Assembly (NCBI GenBank): GCA_023410645.1
Contig: JAEYPQ010000073.1
Location: 10,971 to 74,970, forward strand
Direction: 5' to 3'
Source: Bacillota bacterium
GTDB lineage: Bacteria > Bacillota > Clostridia > TANB77 > CAG-465
Length of the DNA stretch: 64,000 nt
The notes under the pieces were generated by a model. That model was given only the letters and a program-made list of their open reading frames with translations. It was not told the DNA's origin and searched no databases. Shown here piece by piece: positions 36,331 to 47,041 of this stretch. The position numbers were made by a program, and so were the translations under genes. Numbering within the stretch: the stretch's first letter is position 1; every line of letters begins with the position of its first letter.

Positions 36331-36372
36331 TTCGACATTTTAATTGACATAACTCAGTTACAATGCTATAAT
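36331..36372 (+). promoter_or_regulatory. Spo0A box plus consensus promoter of the SleB-like hydrolase gene
   Basis: TTCGACA (36331-36337), then TTGACA (36344-36349), a 17-nt spacer, then TATAAT (36367-36372). Confidence 0.55.
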
Positions 36373-36409
36373 ATTATGTAACGTTAAATATATGTAAAGG
36401 AGATCAAAT

Positions 36410-37192
36410 TTGAAACTTATACAAATGCTTAATAGAAATAGAATCAACATAATTATTATATTTATTATTTTAATCTTAAGTATTCCAGCTGGTTCTTACA
36501 TTGATTCATATCAAAAAAGACAAAAAGATTCTCATGCATATGCTTTTGCCTCTCAATTATATAGCAATCCAATAGAAATTAATATAGATGAGAAATCTGT
36601 TGAGAATACTGATGGAAAATCCGATTATGATTATAAAGAAAAGATTGAGATTATTAATCATGATGAAGAGATTAATTCACTTATCCAAGAAAAGATTGAA
36701 ACTAGGAAATATCAAAAAGAACTTCAAATGAGAGAAATAGAAAAAAAGAAACAAGAGTTAAAAAAACAAAAGGAAAAGGAACTAAAGTATAAAAAAAATC
36801 TTGAGAAATATTCTAATGAAGATATTGATTTATTAGCACATCTTATTTTTGCCGAGGGTGAAAGTTTACCAAAACGAGGAAAGATTCTTATAGCTATTGC
36901 CGTAAAAAATCGTTTAAAAGCTAAAGAATTTCCAGATACAATTCCAAAAATTGTCTTTCAAAAAACATTTTATAAAGGAAGTGTAAGATCCCAATTTAGT
37001 TGTACAATTGATGGTCGCATTAGTTTAGCATATACAGATGAATGTTTGAAAATAGCAAAAGGAGTTCTTTCTGGAGAAATTAATGATAAGCTTCAACCAT
37101 TATATTTTGACTCCTTACCTATGGGAGATTCATGGGCATCAAGAAATAGACCCTACATAACAACTATCGATAATATGAATTATTTCGAATAG
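36410..37192 (+). CDS. cell wall hydrolase, SleB/CwlJ (Hydrolase_2) family, with TM anchor and K/E-rich linker
   Basis: DIDLLAHLIFAEGESLPKRGKILIAIAVKNRL is the Hydrolase_2 signature. It uses a TTG start after AAGGAGA. Confidence 0.7.
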   Translation: MKLIQMLNRNRINIIIIFIILILSIPAGSYIDSYQKRQKDSHAYAFASQLYSNPIEINIDEKSVENTDGKSDYDYKEKIEIINHDEEINSLIQEKIETRKYQKELQMREIEKKKQELKKQKEKELKYKKNLEKYSNEDIDLLAHLIFAEGESLPKRGKILIAIAVKNRLKAKEFPDTIPKIVFQKTFYKGSVRSQFSCTIDGRISLAYTDECLKIAKGVLSGEINDKLQPLYFDSLPMGDSWASRNRPYITTIDNMNYFE

Positions 37193-37305
37193 TATTAAAC
37201 CTCACTTAGAATTAAGTGAGGTTATTTTTATGTAATGACATCTTTTTGCATATTTTTTATATTAATAAGTATATAATATTTGAAGAAAGTGAGGTGATTT
37301 TGATT

Positions 37306-37437
37306 ATGTCACATAAAAAAAATCGTTCTGGATCTTCTTCGAATGAAAATAAGCAAATGCAAGAAGATAGAATGTCACAAGAAACAAAAAATTCTGGCGA
37401 CTATTCACAATCTCAAAAACAAGGTAAAAAGAAATAA
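37306..37437 (+). CDS. small highly hydrophilic protein (43 aa, MSHKKNRSGSSSNENKQMQEDRMSQETKNSGDYSQSQKQGKKK)
   Basis: GTGAGGTGA SD before the ATG at 37306 and a hairpin terminator downstream. The upstream part of the track ORF lacks an SD. Confidence 0.5.
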   Translation: MSHKKNRSGSSSNENKQMQEDRMSQETKNSGDYSQSQKQGKKK

Positions 37438-37631
37438 TATCACATTTAATAGCTTGATATTTGAATAAAATATCAAGTTATTTTTAATTGAGTATATGAT
37501 AATTAAAAAAATATATTACTTATTTATCTAAAATACTTTATTCAATAGATATTTACTTATTATGTAATCTATGTTATAATCTATATTAATTAAGATATTT
37601 AATAAAAATTATCCTATTGGAGGAGTTTACT

Positions 37632-37928
37632 ATGAAATTAAACATAGTTTTCAGAAAAGAAGAGATAGTCGATGATTTTATCACATGTCTTCCAACCATT
37701 ACTCCTGATGACATAATTAAAGCAAAATATGATATATTGAACATTATTAATTTAGGTTATGAAACTGACAGTAAGTTATTTGCAACTCTTTTATGGGAAA
37801 AAATGACTAATGATAATTTAAAATTAATTTTTGAATCTAATGATGAATTAAAATATAGTAGTAATTTTTTTGATTCAGTATTAGAAATTAAATTTACGGA
37901 AGATTTCATTACTTTCGATATTTTCTAA
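37632..37928 (+). CDS. hypothetical protein (98 aa)
   Basis: GGAGGAG SD before the ATG at 37632. A terminator lies at 37934-37967 (9-bp stem CAGCCACTG/CAGTGGCTG plus T6). Confidence 0.55.
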   Translation: MKLNIVFRKEEIVDDFITCLPTITPDDIIKAKYDILNIINLGYETDSKLFATLLWEKMTNDNLKLIFESNDELKYSSNFFDSVLEIKFTEDFITFDIF

Positions 37929-38121
37929 TCAAACAGCCACTGTAGAAGTTTCAGTGGCTGATTTTTTATGAATAGAAATAATTACACATTTCTGCCAAGA
38001 ATTATACATTATTTTAAGAAAATAACTAATGGTAAAAAGTGGTTATTATTTCTTTATGATACAATTCAAATATACATGTCAAGTACACAAGTCAACTCAA
38101 TTTTGACATGTACATTGTAAA

Positions 38122-38147
38122 TAAAAAAACGTTGATATATCAACGTT
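38122..38147 (-). terminator. terminator downstream of the tRNA-Ser pair
   Basis: 20-nt palindrome AACGTTGATATATCAACGTT followed on the minus strand by T7. Confidence 0.6.
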
Positions 38148-38168
38148 CAATTCGAAATAATTCGTATT

Positions 38169-38258
38169 TGGCGGAGAAGGAGGGGTTCGAACCCTCGCGC
38201 CCCTATTGGAACCTAACAGTTTAGCAAACTGTCCCCTTCACCACTTGGGTACTTCTCC
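38169..38258 (-). tRNA. tRNA-Ser (anticodon GCT)
   Basis: Reverse complement GGAGAAGTACCCAAGTGGTGAAGGGGACAGTTTGCTAAACTGT..., with a long variable arm, GGTTCGAACCC T-arm and encoded CCA. Confidence 0.9.
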
Positions 38259-38308
38259 ATATATAAATTTTTAGCGGAAATACTATTTAAATATCTCCGC
38301 TAATTGAT

Positions 38309-38397
38309 TGGCGGAAGAGGTAGGATTCGAACCCACGGTGCCTTTCGACATCATCAGTTTTCAAGACTGACTCCTTAAACCACTCGGACACTCTTCC
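38309..38397 (-). tRNA. tRNA-Ser (anticodon TGA)
   Basis: Reverse complement GGAAGAGTGTCCGAGTGGTTTAAGGAGTCAGTCTTGAAAACTGA..., with a long variable arm, GGTTCGAATCC T-arm and encoded CCA. Confidence 0.9.
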
Positions 38398-38466
38398 AAA
38401 CTTGGTACAAGTAATATTATACCAGTTTTTTTATTTTTGTCAATAGCTTTTCAGATTTTTATTCAT

Positions 38467-38898
38467 TTAATTATAATATTTTTGTATTAACATATCCTTT
38501 ATCTCTAATGGCAATAAATTATATTCTTTTATTTCATTTACATTAATAATAACAATTTCATATTTACCATATATCTCGTTATATTCATTCCATTCGGGGC
38601 CTGTTCCAGTTCCAATTGTACCAGATATTAATTTGCATATAAAAAATTTTTCATCTCGATTTAAATCATAATTATAGATATGTGCAAACTCTTCTATAAT
38701 TTCTATATTAATACCCAACTCTTCATAAACTTCTCTAATTGTGGCATCTTCAAAAGTCTCATCATTTTCAATATGTCCACCAGGTAAAGTATAATATAGT
38801 TTTTCAATTCCATTTATCAATTTTATTCTTTTAATAGAAATTATTTTATTATCTATAAATATAATTGCTCTACCTGTTTTATTTGATTCTTCAGACAT
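38467..38898 (-). CDS. NUDIX hydrolase
   Basis: Nudix box GGHIENDETFEDATIREVYEELGI. Confidence 0.8.
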   Translation of the reverse strand: MSEESNKTGRAIIFIDNKIISIKRIKLINGIEKLYYTLPGGHIENDETFEDATIREVYEELGINIEIIEEFAHIYNYDLNRDEKFFICKLISGTIGTGTGPEWNEYNEIYGKYEIVIINVNEIKEYNLLPLEIKDMLIQKYYN

Positions 38899-38908
38899 TT
38901 ACTATACC

Positions 38909-39802
38909 TCACATATTTATCTCTAATTTGCCAAGTAAACTCTCTAGACCATCTGCATCATTATACTCTATTATTAATCTTTGATGTTTTTTTCCTGAAT
39001 CTATTTTAACTTTATATCCAAAATAACTCTTAAGTTTCTCTTCTAACTTCTGATAATATACAGTCTTAGGTTGTTTCTTATCTTCTTTTCTAGTATAATC
39101 ATCTGCACCATATATTAATTTTTCAACTTCTCTTACGGTAAGTCTTTTCTCAATTATTTTTTCTGCTATTTGTAATTGTTTTTCTTTATCTTCAATCGCA
39201 AGCAATGCCCTTGCTTGTCCTTCAACTAGCTTCCCTTCTAATAAATACTGTAATATTTTATCTGGAAGTCTTAATAATCTTGTTATATTTGAAATTGACG
39301 ACAAACTCTTACCAGTTATTTTTGATACATCAGACTGAGTGTATCCATCTATTTCCATTAATTCTCTAATTGCATTTGCAATTTCAACAATATTTAAATC
39401 TTCCCTTTGAATATTTTCAATTAAGGCAACTTGTTTTTTCTTTGTATCAGTGTAATCTTTTATTATTGCTGGTATTTCCTTTAAACCAGCATTTTTTGCT
39501 GCTCTCCAACGTCTTTCTCCAGCTACAATTGTAAATCCATTTTCATCTTTTACAACAAGAATTGGTTGTAAAACACCATGCTCTTTTATAGAATCTGTCA
39601 ATTCTTCCAATTTTTCTTTATCAAATACTTTTCTTGGTTGATTTAACATTGGTTCAACTTCAGTTATATTCAATTCTACTACTTTATCAATTTCTTTATT
39701 TACTTTTTCTTTTTTTGAATGTGTTATTTTATCTAATTCTTCCGTATCTTCTCCAAAAAACACATTTAAACCTCTTCCAAGACCTTTTTGACTCTTTTGC
39801 AT
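38909..39802 (-). CDS. parB: chromosome partitioning protein ParB/Spo0J
   Basis: GLGRGL, PRK.F, and the HGVLQPILV...IVAGERRWRAAK motifs. The ATG at 39802 lies 8 nt after AAGGGG. Confidence 0.9.
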   Translation of the reverse strand: MQKSQKGLGRGLNVFFGEDTEELDKITHSKKEKVNKEIDKVVELNITEVEPMLNQPRKVFDKEKLEELTDSIKEHGVLQPILVVKDENGFTIVAGERRWRAAKNAGLKEIPAIIKDYTDTKKKQVALIENIQREDLNIVEIANAIRELMEIDGYTQSDVSKITGKSLSSISNITRLLRLPDKILQYLLEGKLVEGQARALLAIEDKEKQLQIAEKIIEKRLTVREVEKLIYGADDYTRKEDKKQPKTVYYQKLEEKLKSYFGYKVKIDSGKKHQRLIIEYNDADGLESLLGKLEINM

Positions 39803-39806
39803 GTTA

Positions 39807-40574
39807 TTATCCCCTTTCATTTAATTTTAATAATTCTTTAGCTAATTTTTTATATGTTTCAGCGCCTTTAGAATCAGGATCATATAATGTTATTGGAAGT
39901 CCATGACTTGGAGCCTCACTTAGACGTATATTCCTTGGTATTATTGTTTGAAACACCTTATTATTAAAGTATTTCTCAACTTCAGTAGCTACTTGTGTAG
40001 ATAAATTAGTTCTCGCATCAAACATTGTAAGTACTACACCTTCTATTTCAAGTTCTGGATTAAGATGCTTTTGCACAAGCTTTATAGTATTAATTAATTG
40101 TCCTAGCCCTTCTAATGCGTAATATTCACATTGTATAGGTACAAGAACGCTATCAGAAGCAGTAAACGCATTAAGAGTTATTAAACCAAGTGATGGTGGA
40201 CAATCAATAAAAACATAGTCATATTCGTTTTTTATGTTATCTATTGCTACTTTCAGCCTTGTTTCTCTTGATACCATTGACACAAGTTCAATTTCTGCTC
40301 CAGCTAAATCAATATTAGCCGCACAAACATCTAACTTTTTTATCATTGTTGGTTGAATTATCTCTATCATTTCAACTTCATCAACTAAAACATTATATAT
40401 TGATTTTCCATCTATTGGAACAACTCCAAGACCACTAGTAGCATTTCCTTGTGGATCTATATCTACTAATAATACCTTTTTTCCTTTAGAAGCTATGCAA
40501 GCACTTAAATTAACTGCAGTAGTGGTCTTTCCAACTCCACCTTTTTGATTAGCTATTGATATTACTTTTGCCAT
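39807..40574 (-). CDS. parA: chromosome partitioning ATPase ParA/Soj
   Basis: Deviant Walker A NQKGGVGKTT, then VLLVDIDPQGN. Confidence 0.9.
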   Translation of the reverse strand: MAKVISIANQKGGVGKTTTAVNLSACIASKGKKVLLVDIDPQGNATSGLGVVPIDGKSIYNVLVDEVEMIEIIQPTMIKKLDVCAANIDLAGAEIELVSMVSRETRLKVAIDNIKNEYDYVFIDCPPSLGLITLNAFTASDSVLVPIQCEYYALEGLGQLINTIKLVQKHLNPELEIEGVVLTMFDARTNLSTQVATEVEKYFNNKVFQTIIPRNIRLSEAPSHGLPITLYDPDSKGAETYKKLAKELLKLNERG

Positions 40575-40673
40575 AATGTCACCTCGAGCTATATTATATT
40601 ACATTTTGTATAAAAAAAAAAGAGTTAAACAAAAAAATATTTGTTTTTATCTCTTTTTTTATTGATTTAATTA

Positions 40674-41399
40674 TTATAAAGGCTCCTTTTTTATCTTTCC
40701 ATAACTTCTTGGATATTTTTTCGGAGTTTTTTCAACTCTAATAATTTCTACTATACTCCTACTATATGTTTCATCATCAACTTTATACGAATATTTATAT
40801 ATATTTCTAATATTACATTTTAGTTCATCTAGTGCCCTTTTCGCTTTTTCTAATTCACTTAAAATATTATCAGATTTCATCAATAAGCACTTACCGCCTA
40901 CTTTTATATATGGGGTATCAAATTCAATTAAGTTACTTAATCCTGAAACTGCCCTAGAAACTGCATAATCATAATTTTCTCTATATTCAATTTTTTGTCC
41001 AATATCTTCTGCTCTTCCATGTAATATTCTTACATTAGACAAATTTAAAATTTTAATTACCTCTTCCAAAAATATAAGCCTCTTATTTAAACTATCAAGT
41101 AATGTGATTGTTATATTATTTTCAAAATATATTGCTATTACTATACCTGGAAATCCTGCACCAGTACCGACATCTATTAAATTTTTATTTATATCTATAT
41201 ATTTAACTATCTCTAAACAATCAATAAAATGCTTTACTATTATTTCATACTCATCAGTAATTGCAGTTAAATTCATTTTTTCATTCCACTCTAATAATAA
41301 ATCTTTATATTTTTCAAATTTATCTAACATTTTATCATTAAGTTCAATATTAATCTTATTAGTCTCATATTTTAATATATCTTTAAAATCACTTTTCAC
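40674..41399 (-). CDS. rsmG: 16S rRNA (guanine527-N7)-methyltransferase
   Basis: LLEWNEKMNLTAI...DVGTGAGFPG SAM-binding motif, in the conserved position next to mnmG. Confidence 0.85.
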   Translation of the reverse strand: MKSDFKDILKYETNKINIELNDKMLDKFEKYKDLLLEWNEKMNLTAITDEYEIIVKHFIDCLEIVKYIDINKNLIDVGTGAGFPGIVIAIYFENNITITLLDSLNKRLIFLEEVIKILNLSNVRILHGRAEDIGQKIEYRENYDYAVSRAVSGLSNLIEFDTPYIKVGGKCLLMKSDNILSELEKAKRALDELKCNIRNIYKYSYKVDDETYSRSIVEIIRVEKTPKKYPRSYGKIKKEPL

Positions 41400-41408
41400 A
41401 TGAAAACC

Positions 41409-43298
41409 TCACTTTATATTATTTTGATTAAGATAAATCATTAATACTGATATATCTGCAGGTGAAATACCTGATATTCTAGATGCTTGACCAATAGAAT
41501 TAGGTTTTTGTTTATTTAGTTTTTGCCTTGCTTCTAAACTTAATCCAATAATTTTCTCATAATCTATATCACTATTTAATCTTTTATTTTCTAATTTTCT
41601 AAAATCCTCTATTTGTTCTAATTGTAATTTTATATATCCCTCATATTTAATATCAATTTCTGCTTCTTCAATAACTGAATCTGGTAATTTAGGTCTATTC
41701 TCATCTAATTCCTTAATGTTTTCATAAGTTAATTCACTTCTTTTTAATAAATCACCTATCTTAACTCCTGATGTTATTGGAGAACTGCCTAGTCCAATCA
41801 AAATTTTGTTATTTTCTTCAGTTGGCTTTATAGTTGTATCTCTAAGTCTCTTTATCTCGGCATTTATCATATTCTTTTTAGCTATAAATTTTTCATATCT
41901 TTCACGTGAAATTAATCCTATTTCATATCCTTTTTCTGTAAGTCTTAAATCAGCATTATCTTGTCTTAACATTAATCTATATTCTGATCTTGATGTCATC
42001 ATTCGATATGGCTCATTAGTACCCTTAGTTATTAGATCATCTATTAAAACACCTATATACGCCTCAGATCTATCAAGAATAAAAGGTTCTATATTATCTA
42101 CCTTTCGTGCTGCATTTATTCCAGCAATTAAGCCTTGTGCAGCAGCTTCTTCATATCCAGAACTTCCATTAACTTGTCCAGCAAAGAAAAGACCATCTAT
42201 ACCTTTATATTCTAAACCTAAACTAAGATTAGTTGAATCAATACAATCATATTCAATTGCATAAGCTGGTCTCATCATTTTAGCATTTTCAAGTCCAGGA
42301 ACAGTTCTATACATTTTAATTTGTACTTCTTCTGGTAGAGAAGATGACATACCTTGTATATACATCTCTGATGTAGCCTCTCCTAAAGGTTCAATAAACA
42401 ATTGATGTCTTTCCTTATCACTAAATCTAACAACTTTATCTTCTATTGAAGGACAATATCTAGGACCAATTCCATGAATTTTTCCACTATATATAGGAGA
42501 TCTATGAAGATTATTACGTATTATTTCATGAGTTGCTTCAGTAGTATAAGTTAAATAACAATCTACTTGATCCCTATTTATTATTTCTTCATTTCCTTCA
42601 TTTTCAAAAGAAAACGGTATAATTTTTTTATCGCCATGTTGAACTTCCATCTTAGAAAAATCTATACAATTCTTATTAATTCTAGCTGGTGTTCCTGTTT
42701 TAAATCTTCTTAATTCAACACCAATATCAATTAAACTTTGTGATAAATCATTTGCTGGAAAGACACCATCCGGACCACTTTCATATGAAATTTCACCTAT
42801 TATAACTTTTCCTTTTAAATATGTGCCAGTTGCCACAACAATAGATTTACATAAAAATGTAGCACCTATTTTTGTTTCTACACCATATATTTTTTTATCT
42901 TTTACTAATATTTTCACAATTTCAGCTTGATAAACATCTAGATTAGGCTGATTTTCCATTGTTTTTTTCATTTCAATATGGTACATCCTTCTATCTGCTT
43001 GTACTCTTAAAGAATGAACAGCAGGACCTTTTGACATATTTAAAACTTTTGATTGAATAAAAGTCTTATCAGCATTTCTTGCCATCTCACCACCAAGTGC
43101 ATCAATTTCTCTTACTAAATGTCCTTTTGAAGTTCCTCCAATACTTGGATTACAAGGCATATTAGCAAGTGTATCTAAATTTATAACAAATGAAGCAGTC
43201 TTTTTGCCAAGCCTCGCACTTGCAAGGGCTGCTTCACATCCAGCATGCCCAGCACCTATTACAACTACATCATACTCTCCTAAAATATATTTTTCCAT
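41409..43298 (-). CDS. mnmG: tRNA uridine 5-carboxymethylaminomethyl modification enzyme MnmG (GidA)
   Basis: [26 protein letters not shown] motif and GidA-wide similarity. The ATG at 43298 follows GGAAGTGA. Confidence 0.9.
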   Translation of the reverse strand: MEKYILGEYDVVVIGAGHAGCEAALASARLGKKTASFVINLDTLANMPCNPSIGGTSKGHLVREIDALGGEMARNADKTFIQSKVLNMSKGPAVHSLRVQADRRMYHIEMKKTMENQPNLDVYQAEIVKILVKDKKIYGVETKIGATFLCKSIVVATGTYLKGKVIIGEISYESGPDGVFPANDLSQSLIDIGVELRRFKTGTPARINKNCIDFSKMEVQHGDKKIIPFSFENEGNEEIINRDQVDCYLTYTTEATHEIIRNNLHRSPIYSGKIHGIGPRYCPSIEDKVVRFSDKERHQLFIEPLGEATSEMYIQGMSSSLPEEVQIKMYRTVPGLENAKMMRPAYAIEYDCIDSTNLSLGLEYKGIDGLFFAGQVNGSSGYEEAAAQGLIAGINAARKVDNIEPFILDRSEAYIGVLIDDLITKGTNEPYRMMTSRSEYRLMLRQDNADLRLTEKGYEIGLISRERYEKFIAKKNMINAEIKRLRDTTIKPTEENNKILIGLGSSPITSGVKIGDLLKRSELTYENIKELDENRPKLPDSVIEEAEIDIKYEGYIKLQLEQIEDFRKLENKRLNSDIDYEKIIGLSLEARQKLNKQKPNSIGQASRISGISPADISVLMIYLNQNNIK

Positions 43299-43309
43299 TA
43301 TTTCACTTC

Positions 43310-44692
43310 CTATTTTCCTAAACAAAATTTTTCAAAAATTTTATTTAATACATCTTCAGACACATCAGATCCGATAATTTCTCCTAAAGATTTAGTAGCA
43401 CTTTTTACAAATATTGAAATTATATCTATTGGCTGCCCATTTTGAATTTCTAATTTTGCTTCTTCTAAATAATTAACAGATTTTTTCAATAAATCTTTAT
43501 GCCTAGAATTTGTTATAATTAATTCATGTTCATAATCAAAATCTTCTTTTATAAAAATTTCACTTATTTTCTGTTTTAATAAATTTATATTTTCATTATT
43601 TTTTATGGAAGTAAATATTATATCTTCCGCTTTTATATTGAATTCACTTAATTGGTCCAAAAAGGTATCAAAAATTGATTTTTGTACTTCATCAATCTTA
43701 TTTATCACCACAGTAAATTTAATTCCTTTATTTTGAATTTTAGAAAGTATATTTTTATCCTCTTCCTCTAACTTTGAATTTGCATTTAACATATATATTA
43801 CAAAATCAGTTTCATCCAAAATTTTAATACTCTTTTCTACTCCAATTTTTTCAATTACATCCTCAGTATCTCTTATACCAGCTGTGTCTGATATATTTAA
43901 AACTATATTTCCCAGATTAATAGTCTCTTCAACTATATCCCTAGTTGTACCTGCAATATCTGTTACAATAGCTTTTTCATATTCAGCTAAAGAATTAAGT
44001 AGTGATGATTTACCCACATTAGGCTTTCCAAGTATAGCTGCATTAATACCTTGTTTTATATATTTTCCATGATCATAGGTTCTTATAAGCTCGTTTATTT
44101 CACTTATTTTTTTATTTAAAATAGATATAACATTATTATTTTCAACTTCATCATAATCATATTCTGGATAGTCAACACTTACTTCAATATGTGCAAGTAA
44201 TTCTACCAATTCTTCTCTTAATTCTTTTATTTTTTTTGATATATTTCCATCTCTCTGATTTGATGCAATTTTAGCTTCAGTCTTTGTTTTTGCATTAATT
44301 AAATTTATTACAGCTTCAGCTTGCGACAAATCCATTTTACCATTTAAAAATGCCCTTTTAGAAAATTCACCTGGATCAGCTAAAATAGCACCATTTTCAA
44401 GTACTATTGATAATATTTGACGTGTTATTTCATTACCACCATGACAATTAATTTCACAAATATCTTCACCAGTAAAAGATCTTGGAGCTTTAAAATATGA
44501 AACTAAGACATCATCAATTAATTCATTATTATAATATATTTTTCCATAAACTATTGTGTTAGGATTTATTTCATTTTTAGTTTTAAAAATCTTATTTATT
44601 ATTTCTAAACTTTTATCTCCACTAATTCTTATTATACTAATTCCGCTATTTGAAAGTGCAGTTCCAATAGCAGCTATAGTGCTTGTTGACAT
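43310..44692 (-). CDS. mnmE: tRNA modification GTPase MnmE (TrmE)
   Basis: G1 [11 protein letters not shown]3 DTAGIR, and the C-terminal FCLGK motif. Confidence 0.9.
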   Translation of the reverse strand: MSTSTIAAIGTALSNSGISIIRISGDKSLEIINKIFKTKNEINPNTIVYGKIYYNNELIDDVLVSYFKAPRSFTGEDICEINCHGGNEITRQILSIVLENGAILADPGEFSKRAFLNGKMDLSQAEAVINLINAKTKTEAKIASNQRDGNISKKIKELREELVELLAHIEVSVDYPEYDYDEVENNNVISILNKKISEINELIRTYDHGKYIKQGINAAILGKPNVGKSSLLNSLAEYEKAIVTDIAGTTRDIVEETINLGNIVLNISDTAGIRDTEDVIEKIGVEKSIKILDETDFVIYMLNANSKLEEEDKNILSKIQNKGIKFTVVINKIDEVQKSIFDTFLDQLSEFNIKAEDIIFTSIKNNENINLLKQKISEIFIKEDFDYEHELIITNSRHKDLLKKSVNYLEEAKLEIQNGQPIDIISIFVKSATKSLGEIIGSDVSEDVLNKIFEKFCLGK

Positions 44693-44740
44693 AATTTTTC
44701 ACCTTTTCTATAAAAAATCAGCATATAGCTGATCTTTTAA

Positions 44741-45397
44741 TTAATTATATTTTTTCTTTATTACGACTCTTCTTCTTGGTTCTTCCCCAATACTTTCAGT
44801 TTCAACGTCATCTCTATTTGCAAGTTCGCTGTGGATAATCAATCTTTCATAAGCTGACATTGGTTCAAGTCTAATAGGCTTTCTAAACTTTACAGCATTA
44901 AATGCCATTTTATTTGCAAGTTTTCTAAGTTTTTCTTCTTTTTGCTTTTTATAACCATTAATTTCTACGAAGACTTTAGCATATTCTTCATCTTCCCTTT
45001 GAAGCATTGAATTAATTAAAGATTGAAATGACTCTATTGTTTTACCTTTATAACCTATTAAATGAGATACGTTATTTCCAGTAATATCAAGTAAAATTTG
45101 ATTATCATTTTGTTTAACCTCATACTTGATATCCTCTTCACCAGTGATTTTGAATAAATTTGACAATATATCGTTAATTTTATTAATTGTTAACTTTGCT
45201 TGTTCTTCATTTATTCTCTTATCAACAGTAAGTCTAACTTTTGCTAATTTTGCAGAAAGGATTCCAAGAATTCCACCAGATGAAGGTTCTTCTAAAATTT
45301 CTATTTTAACATCATCTCTTGAAACTTTAAGTTCTTCTAATCCTTTTCTAATAGCTTCCTCCGTAGTTTTTGCTACTTGCTCAGTTATTTTTTTCAT
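44741..45397 (-). CDS. jag: RNA-binding protein Jag/KhpB (KH + R3H domains)
   Basis: C-terminal R3H region (ERLIIHSELANRDDVETESIGEEPRRRVVI), in the conserved position after yidC. Confidence 0.85.
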   Translation of the reverse strand: MKKITEQVAKTTEEAIRKGLEELKVSRDDVKIEILEEPSSGGILGILSAKLAKVRLTVDKRINEEQAKLTINKINDILSNLFKITGEEDIKYEVKQNDNQILLDITGNNVSHLIGYKGKTIESFQSLINSMLQREDEEYAKVFVEINGYKKQKEEKLRKLANKMAFNAVKFRKPIRLEPMSAYERLIIHSELANRDDVETESIGEEPRRRVVIKKKYN

Positions 45398-45400
45398 CCT

Positions 45401-46228
45401 TTATTCCCCCTTTTCTAAGGCAAGATTCTTTTCATCTTTTATGATAACCTTATTTACAAATATTTGTTGAAGTATTGAAAGTATATTACCAAATAACCAA
45501 TATACACCTAGTGCAAGTGGCATTGAATAAGAAATGGAAGCAGATAAAAGTGGCATCATAAGATTAGTTGTTCTCTGCATTTCTTTTTGCTCATCTGTTA
45601 AGGTCTGAGTTTTTTGCATAAGCTTATTTTGAATAATTGAAAATACTATAGAAAGTAACGGTATAACTAATGAAAAAGGTGTCACTCTTTTTGCTGGATC
45701 ACTATTGAATGTATTAGCTGGTATATCTCCTAGATTTATTATATTTCCAACATTCATATCAATTATTTTTTCTTTATTTGCAACTATTATTTCATTTTCA
45801 TTCATTTCTTTTGTTGTAACTTCTTCTTTACCTAAAACATTTTGTGTATAAACTCTAATTTGTTCTTGAGGCGTTTGAGTTATATATGTAAGTGGTTGTT
45901 TTACTATAAAAAACATGCTTAATACTATAGGTATTTGTATTAATAATGGTAAACATCCTCCAAGAGGATTGATTTTATATTCACCATATAATTTTGTTAA
46001 TTCTTCTGCTTGTTTTTGTTTATCATTTTTATATTTTTCTCTTATTTTTTTATCTAATGGCGCTATCTTCTTCATTTTTTCTGTTGATTTTATTTGTCCC
46101 AATGATAATGGAAATAAAATCAATTTTGTAAATAACGTAAACAATAATATTGATAAGAAATAATTATCATTTACAATGCTATATATGAATCTAATAATAA
46201 GCCCAAAAAATTCTGCAATTGCTGTCAT
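45401..46228 (-). CDS. yidC: membrane protein insertase YidC/SpoIIIJ
   Basis: Oxa1/YidC core: LFTLFTKLILFPLS...KINPLGGCLPLLIQIPI. Confidence 0.85.
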   Translation of the reverse strand: MTAIAEFFGLIIRFIYSIVNDNYFLSILLFTLFTKLILFPLSLGQIKSTEKMKKIAPLDKKIREKYKNDKQKQAEELTKLYGEYKINPLGGCLPLLIQIPIVLSMFFIVKQPLTYITQTPQEQIRVYTQNVLGKEEVTTKEMNENEIIVANKEKIIDMNVGNIINLGDIPANTFNSDPAKRVTPFSLVIPLLSIVFSIIQNKLMQKTQTLTDEQKEMQRTTNLMMPLLSASISYSMPLALGVYWLFGNILSILQQIFVNKVIIKDEKNLALEKGE

Positions 46229-46245
46229 TATAAATATCCCTCATT

Positions 46246-46497
46246 TCACTTTAAATAATCAATTCCACCTTTTGCAAATGGATTGCATTTTAATATTCTT
46301 ATAAATCCTAAAATATTCCCTTTTATTATACCATATTTGTCAACAGCTTGTTTAGTATATTCAGAGCAAGTCGGATAGTATATGCATCTTCTTCCTAATG
46401 AATATGAAATATGTTTTTGATAGAAAATTATTAATAATATTTCTAATCTTCTTGGTATTTTAATAATAAATGATATAAATTTATTAACTTTTTTCAT
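46246..46497 (-). CDS. yidD: membrane protein insertion efficiency factor YidD
   Basis: YQKHISYSLGRRCIYYPTCSEYTKQAVDKYGIIKG signature. Confidence 0.85.
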   Translation of the reverse strand: MKKVNKFISFIIKIPRRLEILLIIFYQKHISYSLGRRCIYYPTCSEYTKQAVDKYGIIKGNILGFIRILKCNPFAKGGIDYLK

Positions 46498-46846
46498 ATA
46501 AATCAAGCTCCCCGAAACATTCTTTTAATTGTTTATAAATAATATTAAAATCTATCATATCTAATTTTACATATTTTTTATACAAAATTATGATATTATA
46601 CCCTTTTTTTAAATTAATTTCTTCTTGTTTATATGCTTCTCTTGCCCATCTTTTCATTTTATTTCTATGTACGCTTATACCATTTTTTTTTGAAACACAA
46701 ATTCCAAGATAATTTATTTTTTTAAAATTACTATTTCTATTTATTTTTATTGCATGTACAGTAATATATTTTTTTGAAGAATAAAATCCTTTATTTAGTA
46801 CATATTTAAATTTTTTGTTTTCTTTCATACTATATGTAAATTTCAT
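46484..46846 (-). CDS. rnpA: ribonuclease P protein component
   Basis: A 120-aa basic protein with the RNR motif region (VHRNKMKRWAREAY), sitting downstream of rpmH. Confidence 0.85.
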   Translation of the reverse strand: MKFTYSMKENKKFKYVLNKGFYSSKKYITVHAIKINRNSNFKKINYLGICVSKKNGISVHRNKMKRWAREAYKQEEINLKKGYNIIILYKKYVKLDMIDFNIIYKQLKECFGELDLYEKS

Positions 46847-46906
46847 ATTTTCACCTTATATATAGACAAAAGTGGATATGACAAACATACCCACTTTTCC
46901 AGTAGC

Positions 46907-47041
46907 CTAAGCACTTAAAACTTTTCTTCCTTTAGCTCTTCTTCTTCTTAAAACAGCTCTACCTGATATAGTACTCATTCTATTTCTAAACCCATGTACT
47001 TTTTGTCTTTGTAATTTTTTTGGTTGATATGTTCTTTTCAT
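46907..47041 (-). CDS. rpmH: 50S ribosomal protein L34
   Basis: Hand translation [44 protein letters not shown], with a GGAGGTG SD. It is below the ORF-track cut-off. Confidence 0.95.
   Translation of the reverse strand: MKRTYQPKKLQRQKVHGFRNRMSTISGRAVLRRRRAKGRKVLSA

Noticed and set aside
38073-38112. 10-bp inverted repeat TACATGTCAA (N20) TTGACATGTA downstream of the tRNA-Ser operon.
   Set aside because: It contains TTGACA hexamers, but neither strand has an acceptable -10 at the right spacing and there is no adjacent gene to regulate. It may be an operator or a chance palindrome, and the evidence is insufficient to call it.
38259-38308. Hairpin TAGCGGAAAT...ATCTCCGCTA between the two tRNA-Ser genes.
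   Set aside because: It is a short imperfect stem in a tRNA spacer, most simply a processing or spacer structure. There is no evidence for an independent element.
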